NCBI RefSeq assembly: GCF_963921235.1
Contig: NC_086097.1
Span: forward strand, 13,764,001 to 13,828,000
From: Mobula hypostoma
Lineage: Eukaryota
DNA length: 64,000 nt
Direction of reading: 5' to 3'
Part shown: piece after piece, positions 12,536-25,933 of the stretch
Numbering within the stretch: position 1 is the stretch's first letter
How the letters are laid out: every line of letters starts with the position of its first letter
The notes under the pieces: model-generated
Seen by the model: the letters and a program-made list of their open reading frames with translations, nothing else
The model's database searches: none
Told to the model about the DNA's origin: nothing
Program-made: the position numbers and the translations under genes

Positions 12536-13077
12536 AAAAGTTAAACTTATGTTTTAAAAATAATTAAATTGGGAATCATGCACCCTCACCAGAGACAAAT
12601 AATCTGCCTGTCACCTCTTATTTTTGAGGGTAAGCATTTTTGGTGTGTTTGACTTTGCTTCAAAGAGGTGAGTAGATTAGAAAAGAAGGACTCTATCCAG
12701 CATCTCTTTCTATCCCATGAAATTACTTGTACAACTGTAAAGAACCTTCTGCGCTCTAGGATGTTGTTTGGATAGTGAATTCTGATGGGCACAAAGCAGG
12801 TTCAGCTCCATCTACCAGACTAATCTAGTGACAGACTATTAAGAACATTAGAAATAGCTGAAGCAACTTATACCTGGAACACAGGATAATTATGGACGCA
12901 GGACGCCTCATCCATTTTCCCGGCCAATCGCCACGTCCCTTGATCTCCTCGGCAAAATTTTGTCACTCCGAGATTCAGATATACTCATCAACAGTTGATA
13001 TTTTGAGCCTCTGCACCCAATGGAATGCATGTAGGTGTGAATATCAAACTGTACAGTGCTCTCATGATTGTGCTTGT

Positions 13078-13517
13078 GGTTCCTTAAGATTGCTATAGCC
13101 GGCTGTGGTAATGGAGATAGATTTCCACTACCTATTCACTGCTCCCAAAGGTGTATGTTTCAAATAGCCTCTGATAACCAAGTCCTTCTAGGGGAAGGAA
13201 AACATCTGATTTCAAACCTCCAATGCCCTGTGGCTTTACCCACTCATGGGGAAGGCTTCAGGAGTAAACCCCATGGATAAAGTCTGGAGCTGGAGTCTCT
13301 AAGGCAGTCCTACATTGAACACCAGGTTGATTGGCAACTCCTGTGACTCTTCTGGTGCCAAACTATATCGATCTCCGCTGTTCCTTTGGGTGCATCAAAT
13401 GAGGGGAGGTCTGCTACATGGGTAACAGCTTGCTCTCCATATTGTACTGCCCAGGCTTGCAGATCTAGACAGCTAGGATGCTGCATCCGTGGTCACCCTT
13501 GACCAACGGAGGACTAC
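13078..13517 (+). mobile_element. RTE-like non-autonomous element, internally deleted
   Basis: 5' part matches 9650-9745; 3' part matches 16545-16860. Confidence 0.65.
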
Positions 13518-13554
13518 GAATAGAGATTTCTAAACAGATCACTTTTTGACAATT

Positions 13555-13680
13555 GTGTCCTAATGAAGGGTCTCAGCCTGTTTATTTCTTTTCATTGACA
13601 CTGCCTTGCCTGATGAGTTCTTCCAACATTTTGTATGTGTTACTATGGACTGCAGCATCTGCAGAATCTTCTGTGTTTCG
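13555..13680 (+). mobile_element. Penelope-derived short element
   Basis: gtcctaatgaagggtctcagcc...gagttcttccaacattttgtatgtg. Confidence 0.75.
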
Positions 13681-13709
13681 GTTGGTACAAAAGTAGAAAA
13701 TAAATAAAA

Positions 13710-14480
13710 CAAAGTAAATTTATTATCAAAGTGCATATATGTCACCATATATAACCCGTGAGCTAGCTGAGGCCCGATGCAAGCCTACGGAACAGTATCT
13801 CATCTTCTCTCTGGGCCCTGTTGTCCCGTTGAGTGTAAAGGGTTCTTACATTAAATGTGTTTTGGAAATGCATATTCTTCAATTTCTTGTGAACATACAC
13901 AGTAAATCCAAAGAACATGATGGAATCACTGAAAGACATCCCGCAACAAAATGAACAAACAACAAATGTGCAAAAGATAACAAACTGCAGAAATGCAGGA
14001 GAAAAGTTAAATAACTAAACAATAATTATTGACAACATGAGACAGAGAGTCCTTGAAGGTGAGATAGGTTGTTGGAACAGCTCAGTGGTGGGGCAAGGGA
14101 GGTTGAGTGAAATCATACCCTTTGGTCCAAGAGCCTGAAGGTTGGGGGGTAGTAACTGTTCCTGAACCTCAATGTGTGTGTCCTGATGCTCCTGTACCTT
14201 CTTCCTGATGACGGCAGTAAGGAGAGAGCATGGCCTGGGTGGCAGGGGTCCTTGATGATGGACGCTGCTTTCCTGCAACGGCTCTGTGAAGGTGTGCACG
14301 ATAGTGGGGAGGACTTTACTCGTGATGGGCTGGGCTGTATCCACTACTTTTTGTAGGATTTCCCATTCAAGGGCATTGGTGTTTCTATAGCAGGCCGTGA
14401 TGCAACTGGTCAATATATTCTCCACCACACATCTCTGGAAGTTTGTCTAAGTTTCAGGTGTCATGCCAAATCTTCACTTT
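13710..14480 (-). mobile_element. Rex1/Babar-like LINE 3' end containing a 112-bp foreign insert
   Basis: ORF 14015..14428 VENILTSCITACY...LQKVVDTAQPIT; family tail at left end. Confidence 0.85.
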
Positions 14481-15685
14481 TAAGGAGTAGAATCATTTGG
14501 CCACTATACATTCCCCAAGTGCATGGATGAGTGATCTGATCTGAAAGGGATTTTTTAGGAATCTGGAAAGAATAAAATAGCTTAGTGTAGGATTTGTATA
14601 AAAATGGGTGCTTAATGTTTGGCATGGACTCAGCAGATTGAAGCATCTGTTTCTGTGTGGTACAGTATCTCACCATGGCTCCATGAAGTCACACAAGTAG
14701 GGAAGGGTGAGACTATAGACAAATATTCAAGTATGAATGATCAGTTTAATATTGAGGTGTTAGATTAACAAATATTTAGTATTGCTCTTTATATGACTCA
14801 GTTTAACTAAGGATAGAATAAAAGGGTATGGTTGAATTGTTTTGGGTAAGTCAGAAACCTAAATTAGCAAAAAGAATCTTAGGAAGACTGAGCAGATCAT
14901 TAAGTATTTGAGGAAAAAAGAAAAAAAAAGAAAACAGAATTAATACAGTATGAGAAGAAGTGGTTCTGAACTGGCCAGTGTTGACAGAAACAGTAAAGGG
15001 TGGTTATCTGAAATTGCTGAATTCAGTATTGTGCCAGGGTTTGCTATGTGCCTTAATGGAGTGTTGTTTCTCGAGCACATGGAACAGTCTGCCTCTGTTT
15101 CAGACAGCTGCCTGAAGGTCAAGGACCTGAGTGGTGTAAGTGTCAAAGAAAATGGCCTTGGTCCTCTCACTATTTGCTTCAAGTGACGTTGGTCTATCCA
15201 GTTCACATGCATTCTCTGATCTGTACTTGGCATTATGGTGTGTAAGTATGATAGTATGTAAATGAAAAATAATTGAAGACAGAATGAAACTATGGGACAG
15301 TCCCAAGTAAACGGTGAGGGAGCTCAAGGAGAAGTAGACCGGTGATTCTCAGGCTGTGAACAATTGAAGAACGTTGTTGTGGTCACCCACATCAAAGACT
15401 GCAGATAAAGTGCAGATGGGGCAACGGAGTACCAGAGGATGACATTTGTATCTTTGATTTTTTTTAAAAAACTTGACTTTATAACATAGGACTGAAACCT
15501 ATGCAGAGGGTTGCAGCCAAGCAACTACTCAAAATAATAACAGCAGAAAACTCATAAACAGCATGAACCTCTGAAGAATCCTTCCATCCAGACATTAAAC
15601 AGGTGTTAAACCTTCATATGCTTGAGTTCAACAGATGGCCATTTGAATCTTTGTATCTGTGCTTGCTTCTTGAAAGAACTGTGCT

Positions 15686-15790
15686 ATCAGTCCTAAAGAA
15701 GAGTTTTGGCCTGAAGCCTTGACTGTTTATTCCCTTCCACGGATGCTGCCTGACCTGCTGAGTTATTCCAACAGTTTGTGTATGTTGCTC
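15686..15790 (+). mobile_element. Penelope-derived short element
   Basis: cagtcctaaagaagagttttggcctgaagccttgactg...gatgctgcctgacctgctgagtt. Confidence 0.75.
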
Positions 15791-16189
15791 TGTATAATCA
15801 GTCCTACTCCCTCTGTTTTTCCTCATCGCCATATAAGATCTTTTCCCAGATATTTTTCAAATTTCCCCTGAAGGTTAACATCGAGTCTGTTTTAATTGTA
15901 CTTTCAGGATTCAGATTAACAGTGCTGTAATAGAAAACACATTCTTTCCACACCATCAAATTACTTTTCACCCGAAAACAGGCATCCTACAGGCCAACTA
16001 TATTTTCTTCAAGGTCTTTCTGCTGAATAATTCTCTTAGACACAAGGCCTAAAGTGCCACTCACAATGACGTAGACCGTGCACACCCAACACACTCGAAG
16101 CTCCGTCCTCTTCTTATTCTCTCTCTGCAGAAGTAGCATCTAAAGACCTGCTGTGACAGCAGACAGAAGCAGGTCCCAGAATAAAAGGG

Positions 16190-16460
16190 ACAGCAGGGTA
16201 GTGTTGTGGTTAGTGCAACACTTTACAGTATCAGCAACCCAGGTTCGATTCCTGCCGCTGTCTGTAAGCACCCTGTATATTCTCCCCGTGAGCACGTGGA
16301 TTTCCTCCAGGTTTCCTCTCACAGAGCAAAGATGTACAAGTAGGTAGATTAATTGGTCATTGCAAACTGTCCTGTGATTAGGCTAGGGTTAAACCAAGGA
16401 TTGTTGGGCGGCGCGGCTCAAAAGGCCAGAAGAATCTGTTTCCTAATGCATCTCAATTAA
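16190..16460 (+). mobile_element. tRNA-derived V-SINE (HE1-like)
   Basis: B box ggttcgattcc; V domain; tail. Confidence 0.85.
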
Positions 16461-16486
16461 TCAATTAACAATCAAATACAGACATA

Positions 16487-16860
16487 AATAAAACTAGTCA
16501 GTTAGGGTGGCGGGGGCTCATTGGCCGTGATTGGCAAATCAGCTAGCAGAAGGAAAACTCTGATCTCAAACCTCTGCTGTCTTGCAGCTACACCCACTCA
16601 TGGAGGAGGCTTCAGGAGTAAGCCCTGAGGGAAAAATCAGGAGCTGGAGTCCCTAAGGCAGTCCAACATTGAGTTCAGCACTAACTGGCATCTCCTGTGA
16701 TGTTGCTGGTGCCAAACTGTATCAGTCTCTGCTGTTTCTTTGGGTTCAGGAGATACATGGAGAGGGGGGAGCTTACACCCCATGTTGTATTGCCCAGGGT
16801 TGTGTATCTAGGTAGCTAGGACACAATACCCATAGTTGACACTGATTGATGGAGGTCTCG
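16487..16860 (+). mobile_element. RTE-like non-autonomous element, 3' part
   Basis: Colinear with 13190-13517. Confidence 0.65.
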
Positions 16861-17569
16861 CAACATAAATAAATAAATAAATGTACAACTTGTAGACTTC
16901 ATAAACCTTTTAGTAAGATCAAACTTCATGATAACTTTCCCTCAGAATTTAACCACATAGCCAACAGAAAAACTGTTCCAAGCAATAAAACGTCCAGGCT
17001 AACTAAAATAGATTTTTCATTAATAAATTCTATTACATTAATAAATATCACCTATGCCTTATAAAATAAGAAAATAAATATGATAGACAAGCAAAAGTGC
17101 TGAAGAAAATAAATAATTAAATATAGCATTTGCTAGTCAGCAAAACTATTAAAAATGTCAGTATCTGTTGCAAGAGAATAAGGTTCAAATCCTGTGATGC
17201 TATGTAATATTTTAATAGGACCAGGTCAGGATATCACAATGTTCTGATTAGTTCTGGGTTTCATTCTTCAAAAGTCCGAGGAACCATATGGACTTTTTTT
17301 GGGAGTCATAGAGATCTTTATGGCGATATCTCAATGGACTGAGTATTTAGGCATGAAAAGAATATTTCCACTTTTGTGGGGCAATCAAAAAATACGGACT
17401 GTAAATGGGAAATGATTACAAATAAGGAAATAAGGAAGAATCATTTCCTTTGTTTCAACCAGAACATGGAAATTACCACTGTTAGTAACGTTTGTATCAA
17501 GGGGCATAGAATGTCAAAAATGGCCTCTGTTGGCACGAAACAGAAACTGTAGCACATAATTAGGGAGAA

Positions 17570-17840
17570 TTCAAGTTCAAGTTTCAAAGTTCAAAGTAAA
17601 ATTTATTATCAGAGTACATACATGTTACTGCATACCAAGATTCTTTTTCTGTGGGCATACTTAGCAAAACAGTAACTGTAAACTGTAAACATCATGAACT
17701 GTTAACTGTAAACAAACTGTGCAAATGTAGATATACATAAATAGCAATAAATAATGTACATGAAATAACAATATGTGTGTAGCTATCCCTTTTGTTCAAG
17801 AACCTGATGGTTGAGGGGTAGTAACTGTTCTTGAACCGAG
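17570..17840 (-). mobile_element. Rex1/Babar-like LINE 3' end
   Basis: TTRFKNSYYPSTIRFLN C-terminal motif; aagttc-repeat tail. Confidence 0.8.
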
Positions 17841-19688
17841 TTGTGCATTCAAGTGGGATGCACTGGAGCAGGTCCACTCTCTTGACCTCAGAAGGCTGGC
17901 TCCATTGTACGAACAAGTGTCACAAACATGGGTCTTCTTTGGTTGCAGTGGATGACCATGATGCCTTCTGTGCCTTGCCATTCCCTTTACTCTCATCAGA
18001 GTGTTGCAGTCCCACCTTCCTGGCCATTGGAAGTCACTGGAGATCTCAACCACCCAGTCTGAACTTGCATGCTAGAACCAGCAGGAACAACACAGCGTTA
18101 CACTGGGACCAAGGTGCCAAACGCCATACCAACAGTCAAACACAGCACAAGACACATATAGCACATTAAAGACAGCAGTAAAATACAGTCACACACAAAA
18201 AAATTTAGTCCATGTCCATGAGTCAATGAGTGTTGCAGCAGTCTGCAGTTGAACACAGTACATCTTCAAGACTCAAGATTAATTTATTATCAAAGAATGT
18301 ATAAATTATACAACCCTGAGATTTGCTTGCTCACGGGTAGCCACAAAGCAAGAAACCCGAAGGAACCCAATTAAAGAAAAAAATTAAAAATAAGAATAAA
18401 AGACCACCGCTCGGTGCGCAAGAGAAAGATTACCAACTTCCAACAGGGTCTTGCGATCACAAGAAAAGCGACTAAGACAATCACTCATTGTTAGAGTGCA
18501 CACCACCTGCATGCACCAATGATTCTCTGACACAGACAGCAGCAGGATTTGTACCAGTCCTTCAATTCTTCCACCAATGAGCAACTGGCTGATAGGGCAG
18601 ACCTCAGTCCCTTAAGTTCTTCATGTCCAGCAGAGTCTCGTAATCCGAAGCTCCATATCTGTTGATTTCAATGGAATCGAGTTTTAGACACACAACAGTA
18701 GAGGTCAATTTCAAGAGTATTCAAAAGTAAGCAGGACAAGCATGAGAGAAAAGATCATTGAAAAATTAGACAAAATGACAGATTTATGTCAAGCACGTGC
18801 TTATTACACCAAATAGTCTGTACCCATGTGGTGCGCACTATATAATTATATGGAATCTGGTTCCACTGTCTAGGACTTATATGTATAAAGAGAAAATATG
18901 ACTGCAGTGGTCATGATTGTGATATCCCACAGAAATAGAAGCATAATCCATCAATATCCAGCTCAACTAGGAATGGACTGATAAATGTGTCAACTGAGAC
19001 AATAGCATTGTCAGTGAATACAGCTACTCATCTGGTATTCCAGAGAGATAATTTAAAAGATTTCAGGGTCATTTTCAACTACGTCGAATTTCAAGTTCAA
19101 TTTCAATGAAGATTTTTTAAATCTTCTTTCAATTCATAAAAGATGATGTTGATTACAATGCTAGATTTTGGTTCAACCCAAATGGTACCTGTTCAGAATG
19201 AGAACCCTTCCCTGTTGTAGGCTATGTATAACTCCTCTTCCACATTAGACTGTCTAACTCACAATTCAGTAATTATTATCAGTAATTCAGTAATTATCCA
19301 TTTCTGACCATCTTACAGGCACTGCACTTCTCAAGTACCACTCATATCACCATAAGTTCATTTGATACAACTCTCATTAGCAACAGTGAGGAAGAAACAA
19401 CTTCTCATGTTCTCAACTCCTGAACTCAGATTTATAAGTCTATCTATTCACTTATTATTATTATCATTACTCAATTTTCAATTTGCCTATTTTTTGCATG
19501 TTAGTTGCTTCTCAGTATTTGTGTGCATTTTCTCATTGATCTATTGTATTTTCTTTGTTCTACCGTGAATGCCTGCAAGAAAATGAATCTTAGGGTAGTA
19601 TATAGTGACATATATGTAGGTTGATAATAAATTAACTTTGAACTTTGTTGGTGCGTGAAAGAAGCACAGTGCAAGTACATATAAGTCA

Positions 19689-19894
19689 TGCCAGCCAATG
19701 ATGTAGTGGCATCCACACCAGACTTCGAGACGAGCGGTCCTAGGTTCGAATCCGGTCGGCTCCTTGCACACTTTCCATCTGTGCTGGGTTGAGAGCTGAG
19801 TAAGCAAATCAGCCTCGTAAAAAAACAGACAACTGCTAAAGAAACAGCAAGGTCACTGCCCGATGCGCCACAAGGCTCAGAAAGGAACAACAAC
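19689..19894 (+). mobile_element. tRNA-derived SINE with (AAC)n tail, nested in a Rex-like tail
   Basis: A box tgatgtagtgg, B box ggttcgaatcc; TSD ataagtca at 19681-19688 and 19895-19902. Confidence 0.85.
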
Positions 19895-20585
19895 ATAAGT
19901 CACCATATACAATCCTGAGATTCATTGTCTTACGGACATACTCAATAAATCCAATAGCCATAATAGAATTAATGAAAGACTACACCAGCAGTGCAGCAAT
20001 CAACGTGCAAAAGACAACAAATTGCAAATACAAAAGGAAAGAAAAACATAAATTCTAATAATAATAAATAAACATTAAATATTGAGACCATGAAATGAAG
20101 AGTCCTTGAAAGTGAGAACATTCACAGTGATGCAAGTGAAGTTGAATGAAGTTAACCCCTTCTGGTTCAAGAGCCTAACCTTTGACGGGTAATAACTCCT
20201 CCTAAACCCGGTGGTGTGTGTCCTGAGGTTCTTGGTCCTTCTTCCTGGTGGCAGTAGTGAGAAGAAGGTATGACCTGGGTGCTGGGAATCCTTGATGATG
20301 GATGCAGTTTTCCTTCAACAGCATTTCATGTAATGTACTCAATGGTGAGGATGGTTTTAACCTTAATGGACTGGGATGCATCCACTACATTTTGTAGGAT
20401 TTTTCCATTCAAGGCCAATGGTGTTTCCATACTAGGATGTGATGCAACCAGTCAATATACTTTCCACCACACCCCTATAGAAGTTTGTCAAAGTTTTAAA
20501 TGTCATGCTAACTCTTCTCAAACTTCTCAGAAGTGGAAGCACTGCTGTAATTGCACTTACATGCTGATCTCAGGACGGGTCCTCT
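19895..20585 (-). mobile_element. Rex1/Babar-like LINE 3' end
   Basis: Colinear with 13880-14480. Confidence 0.8.
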
Positions 20586-20784
20586 GATTTGGGGTATTGT
20601 ACCTTTTATTTTCTAAAACAAAGAGAGTTGATTTGAATGGATTGTTAAATGTGTTACTGCCTCTCAATATTTTGGTTGATCTTGGTTCAGTTTTCCCACC
20701 AGTTACGTTTTCTTCCATTTGTCTTCCATACCTATTTCTAATCTTTATTTACACTTCCTTCACTGATAAAAATCATTTTTTAAA

Positions 20785-21100
20785 ATAAATGACCTGTATA
20801 AAGAAGTAAAAGGGTGTGTTAGTAAGTTTGCTGATGACACAAAAGTCGGGGGTGTTGTGAATGGTCTGGAGGGTCGTCAGAGATTACAGCAGGATATCGT
20901 CAGGATGCAGAACTGGGCTGAGAAGTGGCAGATGGAGTTCAACCCAGGTAAGTGTGAAGTGGTTCATTTCAGCAGGTAAAATTTGAAGACAGAATATAAT
21001 ATTAATTGTAAGACTCTTGGCTGTGTGAAGAATCAGCAAGATCTTGGGGTTCATATCCATAGGACACTCAAAGCTGCTGCGCAGGTTGACAGTGTCGTTG
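20785..21100 (+). mobile_element. CR1 RT fragment
   Basis: SKFADDTK...LQQDI...WAEKWQMEFN. Confidence 0.85.
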
Positions 21101-21590
21101 AGACCATAAGACCATAAGGCATAGCAGCAGAATTAGGCCATCTGGCCCATCGAGTCTGCTCTGTCATTCAATCATGACTGATCCATATTTTCTATCTCCT
21201 CCTCAACCCCAGTTCCCGGCCTTCTCCCTTTAACCTTTGATGCCAGGTCCAGTCAGGAACCTATCAATCTCCGCCTTAAATATACCCAACGACCTGGCCT
21301 CCACAGCTGCATGTGGCAACAAATTCCACAAATTCACCACCCTTTGGCTAAAGAAATTTCTCCGCATCTCTGTTTTGAAAGGGTGTCCCTCTATCCTGAG
21401 GCTGTGCCCTCTTGTCCTAAACTCTCCCACCTTGGGAAACATCCTTTCCACATCTACTCTGTCTAGTCCTTTCAACATTCGAAAGGTTTCAATGAGATAC
21501 CCCCTCATCCTTCTGAATTCCAGTGAGTACAAACTGAGAGCCATCAAACGTTCCTTGTATGATAACCCTTTCATTCCTGGAATCATCCTT
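21101..21590 (-). mobile_element. CR1 3' end, 5'-truncated
   Basis: ORF 21230..21694 GLSYKERL...LYSLEFRRMRG...RTRGH...NFFSQRVVNLWN; (agaccata)n tail. Confidence 0.92.
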
Positions 21591-22609
21591 AAGCAACATC
21601 TGTAAGCAACGCACACAAAATGCTGGAGGAATTCAGCAGGCCAGGCAGCATCTGTGGAAAAGAGTATAGTCAATGTCCTGATTATCATATCCATAATACT
21701 TTAGTTTGAGCGTAGTTTTTAAAGCATCTACCATTCTGTGGTCACCTTGCCAATGTTTCACCTGAAATGTCTCCTGCCCAATTCCAAGACTCAAAGAGTG
21801 AGTATTCAGGGGCATCACTAAACCACATTTTCCATCTTCCTTAGCCCATCCAGATTGCTTTCATTTAATAAATTCACATTCATTCGTAATTTTACTTAAA
21901 TTTGATGATTTATAAGACATTTTCATGTAAACTTCAAAGAAAGAATTGTCCCCTTTTGTTTCTTTCCATTTATTCTAGTTTTCTTTATTTTACATTAACA
22001 AATACAAACTAGCACTAGCAGCCAATTCCCAGATCACCAGTATATTTATTAGATGTAATATTTTATATCTTTGCAGCCAGAGTTGACATTATCATCTCTT
22101 TCCTATTTCAATAATAATAATCTCTAATCATTCCTTGACAGGAGCTAATGGTTTCTTTTATTATACAAGAAGCTCATGGAACTCACTCTGTATGGAGCAA
22201 AGTGAGCTTTTTTTAAAAAAAAATGCTAATTCCTTTCATGATATAGACTTCCTTGAAGTCCTAACAAGGCAAGATTTGATGAAAATACTACCAGTATGAG
22301 CAGAGAAATAATCAAAGGATTATAACTATCCTTTTAACATTTTCCTTTATTTTTGTTTTAGAAGAGTTAATAGCTTTTTACTAGCTGATACCTATATTTA
22401 GGCTTAAGTAAATAGCAAACCGATGTCGTTACTGTTGCAACTCGTTAACTCATATGGCATCTGGGTGAGAGCTCAGTGCATTTTTATGCTCTTACTTTCA
22501 AACTTTGCCTTTCCACCTCTAATGATGTAAGGGCACAAAAACTGGGAGAAATGATAGCTCCTCAAGCTGTTTTCAGCATTCTATAATATCAGAGCTGATA
22601 TACTGTGGT

Positions 22610-23575
22610 GGTACAGCCGCATAGTATTTAGCACAATACCTCACAGCACAGGCAATCTATGTTCAATTCCTGCCACTGCCTGTAGGGAGTTTGCATGTTC
22701 TCCCCGTGAACGGGTGGGTTACCTTCCACAGTCTGAAGACATACCAGTTGGTAGGATAACTGGTCATTGTAGATAGATAGATAGATAGATAGATATACTT
22801 TATTGATCCTGAGGGAAATTGGTTTTCGTTACAGCCACACCAACCAAGAATAGAGCATAAATATAGCAATACAAAACCCACAAACAATCAAACAACAATA
22901 TGCAAACTATGCCAGATGGAAATAAGTCCAGGACCAGCCTATTGGCTCAGGGTGTCTGACACTCCACGGGAGGAGCTGCAAAGTTCAATGGCCACAGGCA
23001 GGAACGACCTCCCGTGCCGCCTAGTGTTGTATCTCGGTGGAATATGGCCGGAGTCCAACAGCAAAACGTTCAATATCCGGTCTACAAACACATTCCTCGA
23101 TCGTAATATGACCCGGATTGCACCATCCGTTGTTAAGCAGAACAGCAAACCCCCAACTCCTTTACGCTTACCGCTCTCAGTGCACTTCCGGTCAGCCTGA
23201 ACGGTCTGGAAGCCCTCCATGGAGAAGTTTTGATCGGGTATGTCCTCGTGCAGCCCCATTTCAGTAAACCACATAACACTGCATTCCCAAAATGTTCTCT
23301 GACTCCTGGCTAGATCCGTCAACTTGACCGTTTTATTACCCACCGAACTCCTCTTCTCCATAAGTCTCTGTTGTCTTGACCCGGTCCTCTTTCCTTGCCT
23401 TTGTGATCCCCCTCTGCATCCTCTGTGCGTTTTCCTCCGGATTTCTGCAGGGGTGTCCGCCGCTCTATTCACTAATTGTCCTGTGATTAGGCTAGGATTA
23501 AAATGGGGGATTGCTTATGGTGCAGCTTGAAGAGCCAGAAGGGATTATTCTGTGCTGTATCTCAATAAAATAAAA
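22610..23575 (+). mobile_element. V-SINE split by an insertion at about 22772-23472
   Basis: ggtcattgta | aattgtcctgtgattaggctagg is contiguous in intact copies. Confidence 0.8.
22772..23472 (-). mobile_element. Internally deleted Rex1/Babar-like LINE (endonuclease N-terminus fused to extreme 3' end), (TATC)n tail
   Basis: ORF 22939..23472 has CSVMWFTE..LHEDIPD..GFQTVQADR..SGKRKG, then TRRHGRSFLPVAIELC. Confidence 0.75.
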
Positions 23576-23699
23576 AATAATAATTTTACCCACAACTCCA
23601 ATTTCCTGTCTGGTTATTTCCTTTGATACCCGCAAGCCAAAAAAAATTTTAAACTTTAAATATGCTTATAACTGAACCTCCACTTCTCAGTCTTAATAG

Positions 23700-23920
23700 G
23701 GCAAGCTTCTATCCAGATGCAATCATCTGCCAACTTCCCCTCCCCGCCACCTTTTTATTCTGACTTCTGCCCCCTTCATTTCCAGTCCTCATGAAGAGCT
23801 TCAGCATGGAACATCTGCTGTTTATTTCCCTTCATAGATGCTGCCTGATCTGCTGAATTCCTCCCATACTTTGTATATGTTGCTTGAGATGTTCAACATC
23901 TGCAGAACCTATTGTGTTTA
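23700..23920 (+). mobile_element. Penelope-derived element
   Basis: cagtcctcatgaagagc...gatgctgcctgatctgctgaattcctcc. Confidence 0.75.
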
Positions 23921-24164
23921 TGAATTGCCATTACCCTTAGTGCGCCAGTACTGTATAGGAAGATGTGAAACAAGATCCAGAACATAAGAAAATTGGTAGT
24001 TATCCATTGTAGACTATTGACATGCCCAAGGTGTTTCCTTAAGTGATTCTACTTGGAACACAGCTCAACATCAGAACTACTGCCACAGGTGACTATTCAC
24101 AGGTTTTATGTACCTGTTCTGAAGTGTAATCCATACTTATCCAAGGTATGTGTTGGAGAGGATA

Positions 24165-24650
24165 TGAAAATGCTCCATTTGTAAACTCAGCCAGTTCTAT
24201 CATGGGCACTAGCCTGCCCAGGATCCAGGACGCCTTCAAAAGTGAAGCTTCAAGAAGAGTAAGAAATTTAAGTTGTATACTCTGTACATTCCCTGATATA
24301 GAATGGAACCACTGAACCTTTGAAACATCCATCATTAAGGACTCACATCACCCATGACATGCCCTTTTCTCATTGCTACCATCAAAGAGGAGATACAGGA
24401 GCCTGAAGACACACCAGCAATGTTTTAGCTTCTTCCCCTCCGCCATCAGAGTTCCGAATGGACAGTAAACTAATGTACAGTATCTCACTATTTTTGCTCT
24501 CTTTCTGCACTACCTATTTAATTTATTGTTATATACAGTAAACTGTTTATTGTAATTTATAGCTTTTAATATGTATTGCAATGTGCTGCGGCTGCAAAAA
24601 AAAACAAATTTTATGACAAAAGCCGGTGATATAAAACCTTATTCTGATAT
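24165..24650 (+). mobile_element. Rex1/Babar-like LINE 3' end
   Basis: ccatcattaaggac...cattgctaccatca...cttcttcccctccgccatcag; attctg tail. Confidence 0.75.
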
Positions 24651-24729
24651 TCTGACATTCACCGAGACATGGAGCATGGAAGCAGCCTTTTATTCATCAG
24701 TCCATTCCTAGGTGAGCTGGATGGAGCGT

Positions 24730-25375
24730 TTATTTGTTTACTTATTTAGACATACAGCTTGGAACAGGCCCTTCCAGCTCAGTGAGGCGCACTGCCCAGC
24801 AACCCGCCTCTTTAACCCTAGGCTAATCATAGGACAATTTACAATGACCAATTAAACCACTGTTGGAATGTGGGAGGAAACCAGAGCACCCAGATGAAAC
24901 CCACGCGCTCGAGGGAAGGGCATACAAACTCCTGACAGATAGCATCAGAATTTCAGAATTGAACTCCAAACTCTGACACCCGAAGTGTAATCGTATTTGC
25001 ACTAACATGGTGCCCTTAACTTCACTCCTACTCTCAAATCCCCATTTACTCTAATCCTGCACTGATCCCATCCCTTACATTCTCATCAGTTCCTGCCAGA
25101 ATCGATCACTTACCTACACATTCCAGAGGCCAATTTATCTACCAATCCACAGATGTTTTAGGATCTGGGAGGGACCCAGAGCACCCAAAAAAATCCAACT
25201 GCCCAGAGGGAGAATGTACAAACTCTACACCACCGATCCCCAACCTTTCTTTATGTCATGGACCCCTACCATTAACCAAGGGGTCCGTGGGCCCACAGGT
25301 AAGACTGGAGGTCAAACTGGAACCCAGGCTTCTGGAGCTGTGAAGCAGTGGCTCTACCATCAATGTCACTGTGTC
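24730..25375 (-). mobile_element. Two adjacent V-SINEs; the second is interrupted by a hAT MITE (about 25230-25302)
   Basis: tgtgggaggaaaccagagcaccc-like segment twice; MITE core atggacccctaccattaaccaaggggtcc. Confidence 0.7.
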
Positions 25376-25737
25376 CTTTGCCTGGTCACCCCTCTGTTAC
25401 TTCTTCACAAGGCTCAACAATTCCAGCTTTTGCAAGCATTCTTCTCCAGTGGGATGACAGGGAGATACTGTGAGGGGCTGCTCAAAATACTGAATGTGAC
25501 TCAAGAATGGCCATTGCTTTGATTTTACCTTTCCACATTTGTAGAAGTGCTCTGTTGTACTTCAACAGGATTGCACAATACTTAGTCGCACAGAACAGGG
25601 TGCTTAGCCGAACAGCATTACCAAAATACTCCACAGGACTTTCATGTCATTGTACATCACCTCATCCTAACTGCATAACCTGCAAAGGACTTAGTCACGC
25701 CTGAAAATACACATGCAAGGTAGGGATTCAATGGTCA

Positions 25738-25872
25738 TAAACACGAGAGATTCTGCAGATCCTGGAAATCCAGAGCAACACACACAAAATGCTGAAGGAG
25801 TTCAGCAGGTCAGGCAGCATCTGTGGAAGTAAATAAACAGATGGCACTTTGGGCCAAGACCTTCGTTAGGAC
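25738..25872 (-). mobile_element. Penelope-derived short element
   Basis: acacacaaaatgctgaaggagttcagcaggtcaggcagcatc...gggccaagaccttcgttaggac. Confidence 0.8.
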
Positions 25873-25933
25873 ACAATGGTCATAAAGTGATTTGTTTAGC
25901 GCATTCTTAGAGCTAGGGCTCAACTCTTCAGAG

